A stretch of DNA of 7,020 bases from Octopus sinensis (taxonomy: Eukaryota): NCBI RefSeq assembly GCF_006345805.1, contig NW_021829040.1:1-7020 (forward strand). The letters are read 5' to 3'. Positions within the stretch are counted from its first letter, which is position 1; every line of letters begins with the position of its first letter. The notes under the pieces were generated by a model, which made no database searches, was not told the DNA's origin, and saw nothing but the letters and a program-made list of their open reading frames with translations. Positions 6,961-7,020 of the stretch are shown here, one piece after another. The position numbers and the translations under genes are program-made.

Positions 6961-6977
6961 AAGAGAGATACAATACA

Positions 6978-6979
<2 letters not shown>

Positions 6980-7020
<41 letters not shown>
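6980..7020. repeat. (AT)n microsatellite running off the window end
   Basis: Directly visible. Confidence 0.95.

Overview
AT-rich, microsatellite-saturated eukaryotic DNA with no intact cellular gene. The repeat families look cephalopod (Octopus-like); this is my recollection, not a search result. Contents: (i) a 5'-truncated, lightly decayed R4/Dong-clade non-LTR retrotransposon on the minus strand (61-1390; CCHC knuckle plus restriction-like endonuclease), flanked on both sides by (TAA)n; (ii) a co-oriented plus-strand train of retroposons from 2159 to 5397, made of two tRNA-headed SINE families (full copies and 3' fragments) and three diverged, differently 5'-truncated copies of one LINE 3' end that resembles the L1/Tx1 ORF2 C-terminus plus 3' UTR, most pieces separated by (ATT/ATC)n tracts; (iii) a 421-bp MITE with perfect 29-bp terminal inverted repeats sitting in a SINE tail; (iv) a G-skewed segment with two G-quadruplex motifs and (TTAGGG)3. 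The best lead is that AAT/ATT microsatellites act as shared, self-renewing landing sites for several retroelement classes. Sequence-specific targeting of this kind is known in other animals, so novelty would lie in the specific families rather than the principle. Almost all ORFs in the supplied track are microsatellite artefacts.
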